NCBI GenBank assembly: GCA_025558095.1
Contig: JAIVFI010000033.1
Span: forward strand, 310,001 to 374,000
Length of the DNA: 64,000 bases
Reading direction: 5' to 3'
Origin: Hyaloraphidium curvatum SAG 235-1
Taxonomy: Eukaryota; Fungi; Monoblepharomycota
The translations under genes and the position numbers were made by a program. Below the pieces are notes generated by a model. That model was not told where the DNA came from, ran no database searches, and saw only the letters and a list, made by a program, of their open reading frames with translations. Shown one piece after another: positions 58,650-64,000 of this stretch. Positions within the stretch are counted from its first letter, which is position 1. Each line of letters begins with the position of its first letter.

Positions 58650-61600
58650 ATGGCGGTGCGTGCGCCGGCCGGCGTGCGCGGCCCCGCTGACCCCCGCGCC
58701 CCCTCACCCGCCCCCGCCCCCTCCCGCCCCATCATTGCATCCAGCAACCGTTCTTCTCCCGGCCGGAGAACGCGCTGAAGCGCGCCGAGGAGCTGGTCAA
58801 CGTCTCGCAGTCCGTGTCGGCGCTGCAGCTGCTCTACGATGTCATCATGAGCAAGAGGTGGGCTGCCCGGGCCGGAGGCCGCGGATCTCGGGCGCTGACG
58901 GGCCGCCGGGGGCGTCGCCGCTCGCAGGGCTCGGTCGACGCCGCTGACGTCGCTGGAGCCCATCGTGATCCGCTTCATCGAGATGAGCGTGGAGCAGAGA
59001 AAGGGCCGGCTGGCAAAGGAGGTCATGCACCAGTACAAGAACATCTCGCAGAACACCTCCGTGACAACAATCGAGGTTCGGCGCGGCCGCTTGCCGTCGC
59101 GGGGTGCCGGTACTCATGCGCGCGATGCCGCCCCGCCAGATGGTCATCAAGCGCTTCGTCGACCTCGCGGAAGCAAAGGTCATGGCCGCGCAGTCCAAGG
59201 CGGACGCCCTGGCCATCGACCAGATCGAGGATCTCGAGGCCACGGAAACCCCCGAGTCGATCATGCTGAGCACCGTCAGCGGCGAGGGCAACAAGGACCG
59301 CACCGACCGCGAGGTCGTCACCCCGTGGCTCAAGTTCCTCTGGGAGGCTTACCGCACGGTGCTGGACATCCTCCGGAACAATGCGCGCCTCGAGGTGCTC
59401 TACCAGGTGCGTCGGCCTGCATGCGCGTTCGAGCCGGGACTCATGTCGATTCGCCCGCCCCAGATGATTGCCAACCAGGCGTTCCAGTTCTGCCTGCGCT
59501 ACCAGCGCAAGACCGAGTTCCGCAGGCTGTGCGACCTGCTGCGCTCGCACCTGGCTACGGCCGCCAAGTACCAGCACCAGCCCCACGCCGTCAACCTGAG
59601 CGACCCCGACACGCTACAGCGCCACCTGGACACGCGTTTCGTGCAGCTTAATGCCGCCGCGGACTTGGAGCTGTGGCAGGAGGCCTTCCGCTCGATCGAG
59701 GACATCCACAACCTGCTGTCCATGTCCAAGAAGGCTCCGAAGCCCTTCATGATGGCCAACTACTACGAGAAGCTCGCCAAGATCTTCCTGGTCGGCGACA
59801 ACCAGCTGTTCCACGCTGCCGCGTGCAACAAGTACTACGCCACCGTGCGGCAGAACAAGAACATGAGCGAGGAAGAGCAGTCTAGGTTTGTTGCGCTCTT
59901 AGCGCAAGGGTCGGACCCAGCTGACGACGTTCTCTGCAGGATGGCCTCGGTCGTGCTGATCTCGATCCTGTCCATTCCCATCATCACGACCGCGAAAGCT
60001 CGCTCCGAGTACGACGACAAGTCGCGCGTCCAGAGGCTCACCAACCTCCTCAGGGCCAACAGGGCCCCGTCCAGGGAGGCGCTGCTGAGGGAAGTGGTGA
60101 GTGGAACGAAGTCGGCTCTTCGTCCGCGACCTAACCTAGTGGCTTGCAGCTGAGCCGTAACATCCTGTCGCGCGTGCGTCCCGAAGTCAAGGAGCTGTAC
60201 GACATCCTCGAGGTGCACTTCCACCCGCTCTCGATCTGCCAGAAGATCGCCCCCATCATCAGCTCGCTCGCCGAGAACGAAGAGCTCGCGAAATACGTGA
60301 AGCCGCTCCACCAAGTGGTTCTGACCCGCGTGCTGCAGCAGGTTCGTCGAACCACATGCAATCTGTAGGCGTTTGCCTCACACGTCTCTCCGTTCCAGCT
60401 CTCCCAGGTCTACACCACCGTCCAGATGGACTTCGTGGTCAAGCTCTTGGCGTTCGGGCCGCCCTACGACTACGACGCGCACGCCGTCGAGAAGTTCATC
60501 ATGAACGGCTGCCGCAAGGGAGAGCTCAACATCCGGGTCAATCACACGACCCGGAGCGTCACGTTCGAGACGGATCCCTTCGCCGCGGCGAAGGGGTCGA
60601 TCTCGGAAGGACCCAAGCTCCAGGCCTTGCCTTCGGAGCAGATGCGGCTGCAGCTGGTCAAGCTCGGCAAGCGCATGCAGACGGTCATCAACCTCATCGA
60701 CCCCTCGGTCTCCGAGAAGCTGAAGCAGGAGAAGGTCGAGGCGATCAAGATCGCCGTCCAAAAGGCAGACGAGGAGCGCAAGATCGTCGGAGACCGCATT
60801 CGGCTCATCGAGCGCAAGAAGGAGCGCCGCGAGACCGAAGCTGCCCGAAAGGTTGTTCTATTTTTCGGACGGCTGTACGGCGACCTTTGCTTACGCGGGT
60901 GTCCCTGCAGGATCAGGAAAAGCAGCGCGAGCAGCAGCTTCGCAAGAAGCAGGAGGCCGAGGCCGAGAAGATCCGCCTCGCGGAAGAAGAGAAGCGCCGC
61001 GAGCTGGAGCGCCTCAACCAGCAGAGGCAGGAGGTTGAGAAGGCTCAGGCGAAAAAGCTGGCAGAGAAGCTCGCTGAGGAAATGAAGCAGAAGAACCTCA
61101 AGATCAAGAAGGAGGTCCGTAGAGACTAAATGGTTCTTCTCGGCGTTGCTAACGTGCCTTACGCGCATGTGCAGGAGCTCGAGAGCCTCGACACGAAGCG
61201 CCTCATGGAGATCCAGCTGGAGCAGCTCGAGCAGGAGAAGAAGGAGCTGCAGAACAAGATGAAGCAAATGGCGAAGCGCTACGACCACGTGGAGCGCGCC
61301 TTCAGGAAGGAGGAGGTTCCAATCCTCCTGGCCGATTACGAGAAGCAGAAGCTGCGCGACCAGGAAACCCACCGCGAGCTTCTCGTCAAGGCTCGCCAAG
61401 ACGCCCTGCAGAAGTTCGAGGAAGACAAGCTCAGAAAGGAGCGGGTCCTGAGGCTCATGGACGACTTCGTTGCCATGAAGGGGAAGCTGGAGGAACGGGG
61501 CAGCAAGGAGTACGCCGCGGCACAGGCGGCGGCCGAAGCGGAACTGAAGCGCGAGAAGGCTCAGCGGCGGCACGACCTGCAGCTGCGGAAGGCCGTTGCG

Positions 61601-62538
61601 CGGAAGAGGGCAGAGTGGGAGGAGGAGCAGGAGAGGATTCGGGAAGAGGAGGAAAGGAAGGCCCGCGAGGCCGAGGAGCGCGCGGCGGAGGAGAAGCGGC
61701 TCAGGGCCGAGAAGGAACGTGCCGAGTACGACGAGCGCAGGAGGTGCGTAGTTCTTGTCCGTGCTGACAAATTTGGACCTAACACCGCATTCACAGGAAA
61801 CTGGACGAACAGGCGGCGCGACAGGCGGAGCGCGAGAGGCTCGCGGAAGAGAAGATTCGCGCAACCGCGTTGGCGCAAAGCAAGCCGTTTGGAAGGGAGA
61901 GCCCGCTGGAACGCCCTACGTCTGCGGAGGGACCTTCGTGGAAGCGTCGCGAGCATGCGGGCGAGGGTTCGCCTGCCGATGAGCAGCGCGGCGAAGGCAA
62001 CGGCGACGTTAGCCCTGAAAGCGGCGGTGGCCAGCCCTGGAGGCCCAAGGTTCCGCTCGGAGGATCCGATCCCATTTGGAAGCGGCGCACGGAGGACACT
62101 GTTTCTGGCAGCGCGGGCCAGGAGTCGCAGCCGTGGAGGAGGTCGGAGCCTCGCGGCGAAGACGCAGGCCCGCGCTGGCGGTCGGAAAGGTCGGAAAGGC
62201 CGACCGACGAAGTTCCTCGCTGGAGGTCCGAGCGGCCTGCCGAGGATGAGCCCAGGTGGAAGTCGGAGAGGCCTGCTGAGCGGGGCTCGGAGGAAGTGCC
62301 GAGGTGGAAGGCGGATCGCACGGCGGAGCGTCCGGCCGACGACAATGCTCGCTGGAAAGCCGACAGGGGCACCGACGGCGCTGTTCCGCGCTGGAAGTCG
62401 GAGCGGTCGGACGCGGACAGCGCCGGCTCTCGGCCGTCGGAAGCGAGGGAGGAAGGTTCCGGGGAGGGCTCTGGATCCACAGCCCCGAGCACAGGCAAGT
62501 GGATTCCTTCAAGGTTGAGGAATCAGCGTCCGACATAG
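58650..62538 (+). CDS. EIF3A: Translation initiation factor eIF3 subunit A
   Basis: MA|[72 protein letters not shown]; coiled-coil and repeat tail. Confidence 0.97.
62170..62406 (+). repeat. Coding tandem repeat (P/A)RW(K/R)(S/A)(E/D)R x6 in the eIF3A tail
   Basis: [42 protein letters not shown] at 12-16 aa spacing. Confidence 0.85.
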
Positions 62539-62557
62539 ATGTGTACAGTGGGAATCA

Positions 62558-64000
62558 TCAATTCAGCAGCTTGAGCAGCTCAGCCTCCACTTTTTTCAGC
62601 TTCGTCTCATCCGCGCCCGTAACCTTGCCCGCCTGTCGAACATAAGTGGCAGCACCCGAGGATTCGGCGGCAGCTTTGGCCGACGCATCGCCATCAATCT
62701 GCCGGCGCCCGTCAGCAGCAATGCGAGTCATAGCAGCACGATACTCGCCAGCGTTCCGAGGGCCACCATCCCGCGGAAACAGTTCTCGCTATCCGTCTCG
62801 GCCTTCAAGAACTACGCGAGGGAGCCGGATGAGTGAGCGAAAGTCGACATGGAACGTATATCGAGAGCACCTCAAGAACCATCTCCACCAGACTCATCTT
62901 CGAAGACGAATCGTCCTTCCCTAAGACGGACAGGCTGCATGGAACGTTCAGCGGACAGTCCTGCAGGACAAACGAGGAACCCACTTGAGAATCAACGTGA
63001 TTGCCGCGAGGCGCAGGTTCTTGTTGGTGCTGGACTGGTAACTCCGCTGCACGAGCTGCAGAAGCTGGAAGACCGGTGTGTCACCGATAATCAAGCGTTT
63101 GATGCAGCAGAGACAACCACCTCGCTACGCAGTTCGCGTACTGCGTTTTGGCCCTCGGAAGAAGCAAACAGATTGCAAAAGAAGCGAAGCGCGAGCATCA
63201 AGTTTGTCTCCTGGTCCTTGGTCAGTGAATCTCCCTTAGGTAACACCGACTGCAGAACGTCCAAAGGAGTTTGCTCCCGCAGCCGCGGGGTCATGAGCAC
63301 CATCAGACGCAGCAAATCCAGCCCTTGCAAGTTATGAGCACATGCCAAGATCGTGCGGAAAGACTAGCATACCTGGAAAGCGGGCACTATCCGGCCACTG
63401 CAGAGCAACCTTCAGAGTCGCCGCCACTTCGTTGTCGGTGAATGCGGACGGAAAAGGCTTTGCTGTCGCAACGCCTTTCAGCTTCGTTGCAACAGAGTCG
63501 ATTTCGTGCGACTCTGCTGCGCTCAGCGAATCGCTTGCAGTGTCCTTGGGCCAAACTCATGAGACCAACTTCGACAACCCCACGCAGATGTCCGGCCCAC
63601 CATATCTTTCTCAAGGTCAGCGTTCAACTGCAGAATCTTCGTCAGAACGGCTTGAGTGTTTGCGGTCTTGAAGAAAGTGTAATCTCGCTAATGATCATGC
63701 ATGAGCGCCGACGACGACACGGGCTTCCGGAAACTCACCATGGGTATCAGCGCGGTTGCGGCCGCAGCGGGAGTCGCGGCTCCGCTTGCTGCGGCAGCGG
63801 ACGTCGAGTATGCGTTGGGAGACAGGAATGGATGTGAAGTCGCAGCCGGAGCACGTGCTGCAGCTGGGGCGCTCTGAAAAGGAGTGAATCCCGGTAAAGG
63901 TATAAGCACGTTGCGCCTTACAGTCGATCCTGGAACGTAGCGGCCGCCCCCTGTGAACGGATCGCCTCGTGGCGGTGCATTGGCTGTCATTTGGACGCCC
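62558..64000 (-). CDS. DOA1: 3' part of Doa1/Ufd3/PLAA (PUL domain), partial
   Basis: DPFTGGGRYVPG, then PUL-like FPG-LDLLRL, TNLMLALRFFCNLF and NKNLRLAAIT. Confidence 0.82.

Noticed and set aside
62170-62406. Spaced DNA repeats resembling a CRISPR-like array
   Set aside because: They are degenerate at synonymous positions and in frame within eIF3A, so a protein repeat.

Overview
Gene-dense, GC-rich, intron-rich eukaryotic DNA. Most introns are about 50-65 nt GT-AG with CTRAC-type branch points; I estimate about 150 by hand. A Zn2Cys6 factor and fungal-type housekeeping genes sit alongside genes lost from budding yeast (METTL5, eIF3L, BRD7/9-like, APC16-like). This points to an early-diverging fungus, probably chytrid/monoblepharid-like (inference). 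The ORF track fragments most genes, so I re-assembled them by reading splice sites, giving about 39 genes. Positions 1-5 kb hold the TMF1 3' end, an RRM protein and mitochondrial EF-G. Positions ~5-18 kb form an accessory block: a stand-alone ASCH-associated-type domain protein, a spliced Cys-motif/TM/beta-solenoid chimera, an orphan, a candidate 7TM ion channel of the insect Gr/Or superfamily divergent from a Zn2Cys6 factor, a secreted S33 peptidase and a small secreted protein. Positions 18-64 kb are a tightly packed run of core genes, mostly head-to-head or tail-to-tail: COQ4, SCO1, homeodomain-PNUTS, TOM70, PP2C, SLY1, EF1B, RRP43, UBA1, LSM4, SARNP, VMA5, OSBP, MIX17, AlkD, MED4, BRD7/9-like, CDC123, APC16-like, SmF, eIF2beta, NUP107, METTL5, eIF3L, eIF3A and DOA1. 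The most notable leads are the Gr/Or-like 7TM channel, a LUMINIDEPENDENS-like homeodomain-PNUTS, the beta-solenoid chimera, a hidden APC16-like gene, and a translation-initiation gene cluster with eIF3L and eIF3A on a shared promoter. I recognised no tRNA, rRNA, CRISPR array or transposase. All family assignments are from motif recognition by eye, not database searches.
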